Below are positions 10,879-20,902 of a stretch of DNA of 64,000 nt, piece by piece (position 1 is the stretch's first letter; each line of letters begins with the position of its first letter). The DNA lies in contig JAPKBG010000003.1 in NCBI GenBank assembly GCA_028823485.1, positions 52,898 to 116,897 of the forward strand, written 5' to 3'. This DNA comes from Methylophilaceae bacterium. GTDB taxonomy: Bacteria > Pseudomonadota > Gammaproteobacteria > Burkholderiales > Methylophilaceae. The translations under genes and the position numbers were made by a program. The notes below the pieces were generated by a model. That model worked only from the letters and a program-made list of their open reading frames with translations. It was not told where the DNA came from and ran no database searches.

Positions 10879-11669
10879 AGTTGCTGCCAGAACGGATTGT
10901 TTGCCTCACCACTGAAACGGTAGAAGTGCTGTATATGCTAGGCGAGCAAGACCGCATTGTTGGCATTTCTGGTTACACGATACGGCCCGAAATTGCCCGT
11001 AGAGAAAAGCCTAAGGTCTCTGCTTTCACCACGGCTAACATTGATAAAATATTAGCGTTAAAGCCTGATTTGATTTTTGGTTTCTCAAACTTGCAAGCAG
11101 ACATTGCTGCCGAGCTCATTAAAGCAGGCATTGAAGTGCATGTGTTTAACCAGCGTTCTATCGATGATATTTTGCGTATGATAATCACGACTGGGCGATT
11201 AGTTGGGGCCTCGGAAAAAGCTAAAAGCATTGTAGAAAACTTAACCTTACAAATAACTGAAGCACGCCAAGTTGGCAACAGCTTACCGCACAAACCTAGT
11301 GTCTATTTTGAAGAGTGGAACGACCCAATGATGTGCAGTATCCGCTGGGCAGCTGAGTTGATTGATATTGCTGGTGGTGAAGATTGCTTTCCTGAACTAA
11401 GCCAATTTCACAGTGCACGTGAACGCGTAGTGACTCCCGCTCAAGTGTTAGAACGTATGCCGGACATTATTATTGGCTCATGGTGTGGTAAGAAGTTCCA
11501 GCCTAGAGACGTTATGCTCCGTGAAGGCTGGGGTGCAATACCAGCCGTAAAAAATAAGATGGTATTTGAAATCAAATCAGCAGACATTCTACAACCTGGC
11601 CCTTCTGTATTTACCTATGGGCTAAAGCAGCTAGAAACCATTTTTAAACAGTGGGAAAAGATACAATAA
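10875..11669 (+). CDS. BtuF-like cobalamin-binding protein
   Basis: PERIVCLT.ETVE.LY.LG, IDKILALKPDL, PDIIIGSWCGKK, ILQPGP; ATGA overlap with bluB; no evident signal peptide. Confidence 0.8.
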   Translation: MKLLPERIVCLTTETVEVLYMLGEQDRIVGISGYTIRPEIARREKPKVSAFTTANIDKILALKPDLIFGFSNLQADIAAELIKAGIEVHVFNQRSIDDILRMIITTGRLVGASEKAKSIVENLTLQITEARQVGNSLPHKPSVYFEEWNDPMMCSIRWAAELIDIAGGEDCFPELSQFHSARERVVTPAQVLERMPDIIIGSWCGKKFQPRDVMLREGWGAIPAVKNKMVFEIKSADILQPGPSVFTYGLKQLETIFKQWEKIQ

Positions 11670-11670
11670 T

Positions 11671-12198
11671 ATGGCAACACACTTAATATTAGGTGGTGCG
11701 CGCTCAGGTAAAAGCGCTTACGCTGAGCAGCTTGCTTCAAGCTGTGAGTTGGCAGTCACTTACATTGCAACTGCCCAAGTCTATGACGATGAGTTTGCGA
11801 AACGTATTGCCCATCACAAAGCACGTCGCCCTAGCAATTGGAATATTATTGAAGCGCCATTCCACCTTGCTGAAACATTAACAACGCATGCTAAAGAAAA
11901 CACCTGTGTGATTGTCGACTGCCTGACATTATGGCTAGCACAATGTGTTTGTCCTGATTGTGAATCTCCTGAGTCTGTCAGTTGGGATAAAGAACGTGCT
12001 GCATTATTAACAGTATTACCAAAGCTAAAAGGCACGATTTTATTGGTCAGTAATGAAGTTGGTATGGGCATTGTGCCATTAGGCGAAATTAATCGCGAAT
12101 TCCAAGATGCGCAAGGCCGTTTAAACCAAGCTATCGCTCAGCTTGTCGATGAAGTCAGCTTTATTGCAGCGGGTTTACCGCTTAAACTAAAAGGATAA
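11671..12198 (+). CDS. cobU: Adenosylcobinamide kinase/guanylyltransferase (CobU/CobP)
   Basis: GGARSGKS, YIATA, VDCLTLW, VSNEVGMGIVP, AGLPL. Confidence 0.95.
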   Translation: MATHLILGGARSGKSAYAEQLASSCELAVTYIATAQVYDDEFAKRIAHHKARRPSNWNIIEAPFHLAETLTTHAKENTCVIVDCLTLWLAQCVCPDCESPESVSWDKERAALLTVLPKLKGTILLVSNEVGMGIVPLGEINREFQDAQGRLNQAIAQLVDEVSFIAAGLPLKLKG

Positions 12199-12201
12199 AA
12201 G

Positions 12202-12417
12202 ATGAACGAATTTACACTAAAAAACGAATACATATCCTTATGTGATTTATTAAAAACAGAAGGTATTGCTGACAGTGGCGGCCAAGGAAAAATGTTTGTT
12301 GCGGATGGTATTGTCACGGTAGATGGTGAAATCGAATTACGCAAAACAGCTAAAATTCGCGCAGGCCAAGTGGTAGAGTGTTTAGGCCAAACCATTAAAG
12401 TATTAGCTGCCAAATAA
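12202..12417 (+). CDS. S4-domain RNA-binding protein (YbcJ/YaaA-like)
   Basis: YISLCDLLK..G..DSGGQGK..VA.G.V.VDG..E.RK.AKI. Confidence 0.9.
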   Translation: MNEFTLKNEYISLCDLLKTEGIADSGGQGKMFVADGIVTVDGEIELRKTAKIRAGQVVECLGQTIKVLAAK

Positions 12418-12419
12418 AT

Positions 12420-13886
12420 CTAAGCAGGTAAATAAGGCGCTAATTTTTTCCAGTTTAAGTGTGCCTCTATGCTATCAGCTAAGCGATTAATTTCTTGCTC
12501 ACGCACTTGTTCATAATCAAAGTGCTCAACTTCTTCTAGCCCAGCCCATTTGAGCCAAGCCGCGCAAGATTCTGGATGATCAAACAAGCCATGTACATAA
12601 GTACCCGCAACCTGACCATCCGCTGACATCGCACCATCTTGGCGTAAGCTTTCACCGTCCACTATCATGAGCGCAGGCTGTAATAATGCTGGCCCGACAC
12701 TGATGCCCATATGAATTTCGTAGCCCGTCACCACGGCATCAGTAAAGCCCAGCCTCCCTGTGATTTGCTTCAATTGTTTCGTTTTTTCTAACGTTGTTTC
12801 CATCATCAGCCAGCCGAAGCCATCTTGTGAACCGCTGCCTCCTTCTATGCCATGCGGATCATGAATAGCATTACCCAACATTTGAAAACCACCGCAAATA
12901 CCAATTACCTTTCCGCCATATCTCAACTGGTTAGTAAGTGCTCGCCCCCAGCCATAGTCTTTTAGATACTGCATATCTCCTCTAACATTTTTACTACCCG
13001 GGATAATCAACAAATCTGCTTTAGGGATGTAATCGCCCATTTTGACAAAAAGAAAATCAACGTTAGGATGCAAACGTAAAGCGTCAAAATCAGTATGATT
13101 TGAAATATGCGGCAATACTGGCACAATAATTTTCAATCGATTTTCACTTATTTTTTCTTGTGCTTGGTCTTTAGAAATACCATCTTCAGCTTCAAGATGG
13201 AAGTTATGTAAATATGGCAGCACACCGAGTACTGGCTTGCCAGTTTCCTCTTCCAACCAATCGAGCCCCGATTGCAGTAATGACATCTCGCCACGAAAAC
13301 GATTAATCACAAAACCAACGACACGATTACGCTCACTCTCCGACAGCAGTGCGAGCGTGCCTACGATATGCGCAAACACGCCACCTCGATCAATATCAGC
13401 AATCAAAATCACAGGACAATCAGCCGCCTCAGCAAAACCCATATTGGCAATATCCCCTTCTCGTAGATTAATCTCAGCAGGGCTACCTGCACCCTCTACA
13501 ATCACGGCTTGATACTGCGCAGTTAAACGTCGCCATGACGCCATCACCGCCTCCATCGCCGTTTTCTTATAACTATGATAAGCAGCGGCCTCTTGATTAC
13601 CCACCACGTGCCCATGAATAATGACTTGGCAACCAGTATCTGAATTTGGCTTTAGCAGCACTGGGTTCATATCGGTATGTGGCGCAATGCAGCAAGCTTG
13701 CGCTTGCACAGCTTGCGCGCGACCAATCTCACCACCATCAGACGTCACCGCAGAATTCAATGCCATATTTTGCGGTTTAAACGGTGCAACCTTCAGCCCT
13801 CTGCGGTACAATACTCTACATATTCCCGCTACGAGCGTACTCTTTCCTGCATCCGAAGTGGTGCCTTGAACCATTAATGTTTTCAT
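12420..13886 (-). CDS. cobQ: Cobyric acid synthase
   Basis: [49 protein letters not shown]. Confidence 0.96.
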   Translation of the reverse strand: MKTLMVQGTTSDAGKSTLVAGICRVLYRRGLKVAPFKPQNMALNSAVTSDGGEIGRAQAVQAQACCIAPHTDMNPVLLKPNSDTGCQVIIHGHVVGNQEAAAYHSYKKTAMEAVMASWRRLTAQYQAVIVEGAGSPAEINLREGDIANMGFAEAADCPVILIADIDRGGVFAHIVGTLALLSESERNRVVGFVINRFRGEMSLLQSGLDWLEEETGKPVLGVLPYLHNFHLEAEDGISKDQAQEKISENRLKIIVPVLPHISNHTDFDALRLHPNVDFLFVKMGDYIPKADLLIIPGSKNVRGDMQYLKDYGWGRALTNQLRYGGKVIGICGGFQMLGNAIHDPHGIEGGSGSQDGFGWLMMETTLEKTKQLKQITGRLGFTDAVVTGYEIHMGISVGPALLQPALMIVDGESLRQDGAMSADGQVAGTYVHGLFDHPESCAAWLKWAGLEEVEHFDYEQVREQEINRLADSIEAHLNWKKLAPYLPA

Positions 13887-14821
13887 ACTCAGATTATCTC
13901 ACACTGCCCCTATCTGCATGCCTTGCTGTCGCATTAGATTTTGTCTTAGGCGAGCCAAAACGTTTCCACCCATTAGTTGGTTTTGGTTGGTTAGCGAGCG
14001 CTATCGAACGGCAGCTAAACTCGACAAACCGCCAGGCATTATCACATCAACGTATTGTCGGGTTTATAGCGCTCAACTTGTTAATTGTGCCATTTATTTA
14101 TTTAGCAAAGTCACTAAGCCAAATACCAACATTTGGACTAATCATAGACACCTTATTATTGTATTTTGCACTAGGCCATAAAAGCCTACATGACCACGCG
14201 CGTGCTGTTAGCAACGCACTTAATAAACAAGATTTATTTGGTGCAAAAACGGCAGCCTCCTACATAGTGAGTCGTGATGCAGCAGCAATAGACCCTATCC
14301 CCGCCACCATAGAATCCGTATTAGAAAATGGTAACGATAGTGTTTTTGGTACGCTTTTTTGGTTTTTTATCGCAGGTGGCACGGGTGCATTGGCATTTAG
14401 GTTAATTAACACCATGGATGCCATGTGGGGCTATAAAACACATCGCCACTATTATTTTGGCTGGGCTGCCGCTAGACTAGATGATGTCGCTGGTTACATC
14501 CCTGCTAGACTCACAGCCTTAACCTACGCCTTGCTAGGTCATACACGTATTGCATTGCGTTGCTGGCGACAACAAGCCCCGTTATGGAAAAGCCCAAATG
14601 CGGGCCCTGTAATGGCAAGTGGTGCAGGGGCATTACGGATTAGTCTTGGCGGCAGTGCTTGCTATCAAGGTCAATGGCATGAACGACCTGCTTTAGGTGA
14701 AGGTGAGCCGCCAATGATAGCGCATATCGAACAAGCATTAACGTTAGTCCGACATGGTGTTTTTAGCTGGCTGTTGCTTATCTTACTTATTTCGGTTGCC
14801 ATAGGGTGGCATTATGCTTGA
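13877..14821 (+). CDS. cbiB: Adenosylcobinamide-phosphate synthase (start uncertain, 13877 or 13904)
   Basis: LGEP...[31 protein letters not shown]...YIPARL, SPNAG. Confidence 0.92.
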   Translation: MFSYSDYLTLPLSACLAVALDFVLGEPKRFHPLVGFGWLASAIERQLNSTNRQALSHQRIVGFIALNLLIVPFIYLAKSLSQIPTFGLIIDTLLLYFALGHKSLHDHARAVSNALNKQDLFGAKTAASYIVSRDAAAIDPIPATIESVLENGNDSVFGTLFWFFIAGGTGALAFRLINTMDAMWGYKTHRHYYFGWAAARLDDVAGYIPARLTALTYALLGHTRIALRCWRQQAPLWKSPNAGPVMASGAGALRISLGGSACYQGQWHERPALGEGEPPMIAHIEQALTLVRHGVFSWLLLILLISVAIGWHYA

Positions 14822-15812
14822 GCACGGCGGCAACCTTAGGCACGCAGCACAACAATATGGTATCCCGTTAGAGTCGTGGCTAGACTTATCCACTGGCATT
14901 AATCCAAATCACTACCCAATTCCAGACATTCTAAGCAGGGTTTGGCAAAGACTACCTGAGGGTGAGGATGGGCTAATTGAAGCAGCTTGTGCTTATTACG
15001 ATTGCCAGTCTTTATTGCCAACTTCTGGTTCGCAAGCCGCCATACAAGTGCTGCCTAGACTAAGGCCTGTATGCCATATTGCAATGCCAAGGCAGATGTA
15101 TCAAGAACATGCCCATGCATGGCGAAGCCACGGGCATACCTTAACTTTATTTGATGAAACGCCTAATGCAGAGATACTTGCAAAAGTAGATGTGATGCTG
15201 ATTTGCAACCCAAACAACCCCACAGGAAAGCGGTTTAGCAAAAAACAATTATTAACATGGCACAAGTTACTAGCCAGCCATCATGGTTGGCTAATTGTCG
15301 ATGAAGCCTTTATGGACACAACGCCGAATGATAGCATTGCTCACCACACCGATTTAGCTGGTTTATTAGTATTGCGCTCTTTAGGTAAGTTTTTTGGATT
15401 AGCTGGCACGCGGGTGGGGTTTTTGTTGGCGCAACAACACATATTAACCAAAGCGCAAGAGGCCTTGGGACCATGGTCACTAACTGGACCAAGTCGCTTG
15501 ATAGCAACGCAGGCGCTGAACGATCACACTTGGCAGGTGAATGCTCGCAAAACGCTATCAACTAATAGCCTTAAATTAAAAAAACTGCTCAGGCAATATC
15601 GTCTTACACCGTGTGGTGGAACACATTTATTTCAATTTGTGCTCTCAGAACAAGCTAGCACTATCCATCAGTCATTAGCAAAACAGGGTATCTGGGTACG
15701 GTTATTTAAAGAGACTGCCGCATTACGATTTGGCTTACCCTTTAATAATGATTGGGACAAACTGGAGCAAGCGCTTAAAAAATTAGTCAATGATTCACAA
15801 AGTTTACTTTAG
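14814..15812 (+). CDS. cobD: L-threonine-O-3-phosphate decarboxylase
   Basis: EHGGNL, WLDLSTGINP, NPNNPTG, VDEAFMD, RSLGKFFGLAG. Confidence 0.92.
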   Translation: MLEHGGNLRHAAQQYGIPLESWLDLSTGINPNHYPIPDILSRVWQRLPEGEDGLIEAACAYYDCQSLLPTSGSQAAIQVLPRLRPVCHIAMPRQMYQEHAHAWRSHGHTLTLFDETPNAEILAKVDVMLICNPNNPTGKRFSKKQLLTWHKLLASHHGWLIVDEAFMDTTPNDSIAHHTDLAGLLVLRSLGKFFGLAGTRVGFLLAQQHILTKAQEALGPWSLTGPSRLIATQALNDHTWQVNARKTLSTNSLKLKKLLRQYRLTPCGGTHLFQFVLSEQASTIHQSLAKQGIWVRLFKETAALRFGLPFNNDWDKLEQALKKLVNDSQSLL

Positions 15813-16350
15813 GAATGACATTACTAAAATCAAGCTGCGTCACACTGCCGTAATCCACGTTAAATCGAAACAAACCTTTTAATTCCATTGAAAGCACATG
15901 AGCTAACAAAGCACGTACCATACCGCCATGTGTGACAATGACAATATGCTTACCATGATATTGGGTTAACATTTCCTCAATAAAACTGATGCCACGTAAT
16001 TGAAGCTCTCTAAATGTCTCACCATTAGGTGGTGACATATGTGCATAATTTTGCCCCCATTCATCAAGGTATGCTCGCGGCATATCATCCCAAGCCTGCA
16101 TTTCCCAATCACCAAAATGCAACTCTTTTAGGCGGCCATCATAGGTAATATTGTCTAATGCCAATGCATTGGCTAACTTAACACAGCGCTGCAGTGGGCT
16201 ACTAAAAGCCGCATCTATATTATCTGGTAATTTCTTCCTGGTACGACTGGCCTCTTGTACGAAGCTAGCCGCCACATCAACATCGGTCTGGCCATAACAA
16301 ACACCTGGAGCAATGGCTAAACTAGTATGCCTAACTAATGTTAGCTTCAA
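15787..16350 (-). CDS. cobC: Alpha-ribazole phosphatase (histidine phosphatase)
   Basis: LVRHT, CYGQTD, SSPLQRC, ELHFGDWE, VTHGG; downstream of cobS. Confidence 0.9.
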   Translation of the reverse strand: MKLTLVRHTSLAIAPGVCYGQTDVDVAASFVQEASRTRKKLPDNIDAAFSSPLQRCVKLANALALDNITYDGRLKELHFGDWEMQAWDDMPRAYLDEWGQNYAHMSPPNGETFRELQLRGISFIEEMLTQYHGKHIVIVTHGGMVRALLAHVLSMELKGLFRFNVDYGSVTQLDFSNVIPKVNFVNH

Positions 16351-17153
16351 CAGTTAACGCTCCATAAAAGCAATCCAAAATAAAAGGCCAGTTCGGTCAA
16401 TTGTTGCATCGCACCTAAAGTGTCTCCCGTATAGCCATCTAGCCAGCGCTTAATTTTATAGCGCCACCAAAAACCAATGGTAAGAATAGGAATGAGCGTC
16501 ATCAGCACAAAATGAATAACTAATATTGCTGGATAATGACTAACAATGAGTACTAGGATAATACTAAGGTATGGCAATAAGCCGACAACATTGGCAAAGC
16601 TAAGCCCTAACAAACTAACCTGCGTCGCTAATGGTTTGGCTTTACCTTCAGGCTTAGCATAGTTTAATGTCGCCATCACCCACACTGCAGATAAGCGACT
16701 GATTGCATGGCCTGCAATCAGCACATACGGAATGAAAGTGTTATCCAGCGAATTCAATAGTTGAAACTTAGTGAACAAACTGAAAAATAATGCTGCCGCA
16801 CCATAAGTGCCTAGATGAGAATCTTGCATAATCTTGAGTATTTTTCCTCTATTCCACCCACCTCCTAAACCATCTACGCTATCTGCCAAACCATCTTCAT
16901 GAAATGCGCCGGTCAAATAAACCGTACTCGCCATACTAATTAACAGTGCGATAGTTTGCGGCAAAAAACCAACACTCACAACAAAACTGAGCGCACCAAC
17001 CAACCCGACAATAATACCAACTAATGGGAAGTATTTTGCTGAATAACTCAGATCTGACTCTTGAAAGTTTACGAAGTTAGGTACAGGAATACGCGTAAAG
17101 AAACCAAGCGCTAGCAGGAAATGCTGCCACTCTAGCTTAATACTAAGTATCAC
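16347..17153 (-). CDS. cobS: Cobalamin synthase
   Basis: FFTRIP, TGAFHEDGLADSVDG, IMQDS.LG.YG, GYTGDTLGA. Confidence 0.94.
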   Translation of the reverse strand: MILSIKLEWQHFLLALGFFTRIPVPNFVNFQESDLSYSAKYFPLVGIIVGLVGALSFVVSVGFLPQTIALLISMASTVYLTGAFHEDGLADSVDGLGGGWNRGKILKIMQDSHLGTYGAAALFFSLFTKFQLLNSLDNTFIPYVLIAGHAISRLSAVWVMATLNYAKPEGKAKPLATQVSLLGLSFANVVGLLPYLSIILVLIVSHYPAILVIHFVLMTLIPILTIGFWWRYKIKRWLDGYTGDTLGAMQQLTELAFYFGLLLWSVNC

Positions 17154-18201
17154 TCTTACTCACTCCAGCCTGCTCATAACTTGCCATTTCATTTAAAAAA
17201 TTAACAGCAGATTGTACTAATGGATAGGCCAACACAGCGCCAGTGCCTTCCCCTAAACGTAAGCCCAAACTTAACAGTGGTTTTACTTTCAAATAATCCA
17301 GCATTTGTTGATGTCCAGATTCATCCGAGCAATGCGAGAAAATACAATATTGCAGAATGTTTGGCTGCATTTTAGCCGCAACCAATAATGCTGATGTTGC
17401 AATAAACCCATCAATGAGCAGCACTGCTTTTTGTTGTGCCGCAGCTAACATTGCCCCAGCCATCATAGCAATCTCAAAGCCACCAAATGTTGCCAATACT
17501 TGTATTGGGTCTATATTGCTTAATTGATGTTTATCGATTGCTTTATTCAATACTTTTGTTTTTTCAACGAGTCCGGCATTATTCAATCCCGTACCACGTC
17601 CTACACACTTTGATATTGGCAAGTCACACAGCAAACTCATGATACAACTTGCTGATGAAGTGTTACCAATCCCCATCTCTCCAAATGCAAGAATATTTGT
17701 CCCCGCATTTATTTCTTCATTCACAAAACTTTCTCCAAGAGTGAGTGCTTGCTCACACTGAATCACCGTCATAGCAGGTTGGTGTAAGAAGTTTTGAGTG
17801 CCGAATGCAATTTTCGCGTGCCCTAAATTCGCTACCTGCTTGAAATCAAAATTCACCCCACTGTCTACCACGCGCAAACCGATGCCATGCTGTCTAGCAA
17901 ATACATTAATAGCCGCACCGCCTGATAAAAAGTTCACCACCATTTGTGCAGTCACTGCCTGGGGATAAGAACTAACTCCATCCTCCACAATACCGTGATC
18001 CCCAGCAAACACTAGTACAACAGGTCGACTTAATATAGGTGTTAATGTCTTTTGGATTTGACCTATTTGTAGGGCAATTGCTTCTAAATTACCTAAAGAC
18101 CCTAATGGTTTAGTTTTACTATTAATGGCTTGCTGTAATGCCAGCTTAATTTCATTACTGATTGGTGTGATTGCAGTATTCTGTATATTAGTTGTTGTCA
18201 T
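17143..18201 (-). CDS. cobT: Nicotinate-nucleotide-DMB phosphoribosyltransferase
   Basis: KTKPLGSLG.LE, FAGDHG, GEMGIGNT, LRLGEGTGA. Confidence 0.96.
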   Translation of the reverse strand: MTTTNIQNTAITPISNEIKLALQQAINSKTKPLGSLGNLEAIALQIGQIQKTLTPILSRPVVLVFAGDHGIVEDGVSSYPQAVTAQMVVNFLSGGAAINVFARQHGIGLRVVDSGVNFDFKQVANLGHAKIAFGTQNFLHQPAMTVIQCEQALTLGESFVNEEINAGTNILAFGEMGIGNTSSASCIMSLLCDLPISKCVGRGTGLNNAGLVEKTKVLNKAIDKHQLSNIDPIQVLATFGGFEIAMMAGAMLAAAQQKAVLLIDGFIATSALLVAAKMQPNILQYCIFSHCSDESGHQQMLDYLKVKPLLSLGLRLGEGTGAVLAYPLVQSAVNFLNEMASYEQAGVSKSDT

Positions 18202-18241
18202 ACGGCTTTACTATAGTAGATAAAATCTATTGGGTAAATAT

Positions 18242-18273
18242 AAAAAACCCGCTAAAAATTAACCTAGCGGGTT
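18242..18273 (-). terminator. Intrinsic terminator of lipoprotein gene
   Basis: aacccgcta...tagcgggtt stem with A tract on + (T tract on -). Confidence 0.7.
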
Positions 18274-18294
18274 ATCATACTTTTCACAACCAGT

Positions 18295-18567
18295 TTACGG
18301 CTGAGGAAGCGCTTCTTCTTTGGCAGCTTCCATTGCATCGATAGCTGTTTCTTCAACAGCCTCATTAGCCGCATCTGCAACAGCACCTGATACTTCATCC
18401 GCTGCATCAGCAGCCTCCTTACTCGCTGCCTCAACTGCTTCAACTACAGGTTCCGCAACTTCTGACATACTTTCTTCAGTCACTGCTTCCTCTGTTTTTT
18501 GTGTACATGCAACCGTTAATGTTGTTGCCATCAACCCTATTAATAGGGCAGGTAAAAGTGTATTCAC
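18295..18567 (-). CDS. Small Ala/Glu-rich lipoprotein
   Basis: Hydrophobic leader, lipobox TVA-C, acidic low-complexity tail. Confidence 0.7.
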   Translation of the reverse strand: MNTLLPALLIGLMATTLTVACTQKTEEAVTEESMSEVAEPVVEAVEAASKEAADAADEVSGAVADAANEAVEETAIDAMEAAKEEALPQP

Positions 18568-18613
18568 TCTATATCCTAAAATTAAATTTTTTTTACTAAA
18601 CTACTGGTTAAAA

Positions 18614-19100
18614 CTAAGCAGGGATGCGTAGTATTTGACCAGGATAGATTTTATCAGGATGACTTAACATTAGTTGATTTGCTTCAAAAATTTTCATGTA
18701 ACTATTGGCATTACCATAAAATCTTTAGCAATTTTAGACAAGGTATCACCACTCACTACTTTATGGAGCTGTGCATCAGCCTCAGCATTAGTCACAACCA
18801 TATTATCTTCAACGTCTTGCACGCCTTTAACATTGCCGTAGCGCAATAAGATTTTTTCTTTTGTTTCTGCAATACCAGCAACCACGACAGTGCCTGTTTA
18901 CCGTCAAAGCCAATATCTAAATTTTCTGCTTCTAAACCCATCTTAGTAACATAACCTTTAATCGCATCGCCTGCAGCTTGATTCGCTGCCGCTGTTTTTC
19001 TGGTTTATCTGCTGATGCTTGCGCCGCTTCTGCAGCTGAAGGCATCACCGATTCCTAATAATTTCTCACAAGCATCTTTAACAAATGAAAATAAACCCAT
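18614..19100 (-). pseudogene. BON-LysM protein (Kbp/YgaU-like), multiply frameshifted
   Basis: MGLFSFVKDA.EKL start, [47 protein letters not shown] distributed over different frames. Confidence 0.88.
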
Positions 19101-19300
19101 TTTCTTCTCTTTTGTACATTGTGTATATTGCCAACGTTAAACTACATGACATTAAATCATCTAGTTAAATCGACTCTACAATATCATGCTAAATCAATTA
19201 TTTTCACTACTTTTCAAACATTAAATATCATTGAGTGTTCCCAGCGCAATAATATTTGCTATAATTCGCAACTTGCAATTAATTCTATTTAGTTGCTAAT

Positions 19301-19376
19301 GGCCCGATAGCTCAGTTGGTAGAGCAGCGGATTGAAAATCCGCGTGTCACTGGTTCAATTCCAGTTCGGGCCACCA
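19301..19376 (+). tRNA. tRNA-Phe(GAA)
   Basis: ggcccga acceptor, D loop agctcagttggtagagc, anticodon arm cggat-tGAAa-atccg, ggttcaattcc, encoded CCA. Confidence 0.97.
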
Positions 19377-19658
19377 ATAATAATAAAGCTGACAGCGAGG
19401 TTGGCCTTTTTATTTTGTCTTATTCAATCGCTCTAGACTGCGCACAGACTACAAAGTCTTATTGTTTTATATCTTCTATAGCAATAAATTCTATTTAATT
19501 TTTGTATAGGGAGGTATCAAGAACCCCTCTATTTAATTATTGCTGCAACAGTCCACTGATAAAAAAGTAAATATTCAAAACACTTATTAGTTGGGTTTTC
19601 GTAATTATATTTATATAGTAGTTAAAATCATAATTAATTAATCGACAAAAGAAAATTC

Positions 19659-19781
19659 ATGCATAGACTCACCTCTATTTTCTTAATATTGCTTTCTCTT
19701 AGTGGGTGTGTCGCATCAGCGGTAATTAAATCTGTTGAAGATAAAGATGTTCAAAATCTTGCTAACAAGGGAAAATGCTAA
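19659..19781 (+). CDS. 40-aa putative lipoprotein or truncated remnant
   Basis: MHRLTSIFLILLSLSG-CVASAVIK...; LSGC lipobox. Confidence 0.4.
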   Translation: MHRLTSIFLILLSLSGCVASAVIKSVEDKDVQNLANKGKC

Positions 19782-19817
19782 TCTAATCTAATTTTCTAAA
19801 ATTATAGTTAAGTTAAT

Positions 19818-20492
19818 ATGCGTTATTTCACATTTCTTATTTTTTTTCCGGTTTTAGTCCATGCAGAAACCTCACGCACCAGTACTTGGCTGATGTCGCT
19901 TAGTCGAATTAAATTCACTGATACTGTAAATGCATTTGTTGATATACAGCCTAGGTTTACCTTAAATGACACTCCGAGTGGTCATGAAAATACACTCGAT
20001 ACTTTATTAATAAGGGGCGCATTAGGCTATCAGCTAACCCCAAATATTGGGGTTTACCAAGGTTATGCTTATATCCCAACTTACGACCCTAAAAATGTTG
20101 AGCATCGTTTATTTCAAGAGTTATTCATTAATCAATCTTTTAATAATGGCAATGCTTTCACCAATCGCATACGGCTTGAACAAAGATGGATTGATAGCGC
20201 AGACGAAATAGCCTATCGATTCAGATATTTTGCTCGTTACACACACCCGCTTAGTCGGTGGCATGAAAAACTGTCATTAGCAATTAATGAAGAAATCTTT
20301 ATCAATTTGAATGATGCAAAAAATGGTCCGCAATCAAGTTTTAATCAAAATCGATTATTCGTTGGATTGAATTATCGCATCAACCCTTCCGTTGCTTATG
20401 AGTTTGGATATCAAAATCAGTATGTCAATGTAATTAAGAATACTAATGTGATGAACCACATATTATTTTTAGGCGTGCAGACAAACTTTTAG
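19818..20492 (+). CDS. DUF2490-like outer-membrane beta-barrel
   Basis: Signal peptide, EHRLFQE, RIRLEQRW, NEEIFINL, FNQNRLFVG, terminal F. Confidence 0.82.
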   Translation: MRYFTFLIFFPVLVHAETSRTSTWLMSLSRIKFTDTVNAFVDIQPRFTLNDTPSGHENTLDTLLIRGALGYQLTPNIGVYQGYAYIPTYDPKNVEHRLFQELFINQSFNNGNAFTNRIRLEQRWIDSADEIAYRFRYFARYTHPLSRWHEKLSLAINEEIFINLNDAKNGPQSSFNQNRLFVGLNYRINPSVAYEFGYQNQYVNVIKNTNVMNHILFLGVQTNF

Positions 20493-20560
20493 TTGGCAGG
20501 AAATTGGTCTCTCTAGACTTTCCTGATTTCAGTTTTTCTGCGTAATAAATACATAAACTA

Positions 20561-20698
20561 TTAATACTTCATTTTTCTAAAGTCCCATGGTGCTATTGGA
20601 TTTTTATCTTTCCATAAGCCAAGTCTATCTTTTTGGGCTAAATATTCCTTTTGAGGATATAAAGCTCTATCCTCAACCTCTTGCTTACGCTCATACAT
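20561..20698 (-). pseudogene. C-terminal remnant of a thermonuclease (SNase) gene
   Basis: EYLAQKDRLGLWKDKNPIAPWDFRK* matches the SNase tail pattern GLW...P..PW.FR. Confidence 0.65.
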
Positions 20699-20724
20699 AG
20701 AAATTTGAAAGCGAAGATAAAAGT

Positions 20725-20783
20725 GACTCCCGTTTGGGACGCCAGGTTATAAAAAAGCTTGCAGGAGACTGTAAGCCTTTTTT
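20725..20783 (+). repeat. tRNA 3'-end fragment (tRNA-Glu-like) plus terminator; att remnant
   Basis: gactcccgtttgggacgcca (T-arm 3' side, acceptor, CCA) followed by aaaaaagcttgcag-gaga-ctgtaagcctttttt. Confidence 0.55.
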
Positions 20784-20902
20784 GATTTCTATTGTTAGCA
20801 ATTGTGGCACTATCTAGCTAGCATTTCAAAAGCGAATAACTGTATGTTACTCCACATTCAGCCCGACGATATAAATCGCAAAATTTCACTTTGAATTACA
20901 GT

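Noticed and set aside
19316..19498. 60-aa ORF MVEQRIENPRV...
   Set aside because: Translation of tRNA-Phe and its terminator
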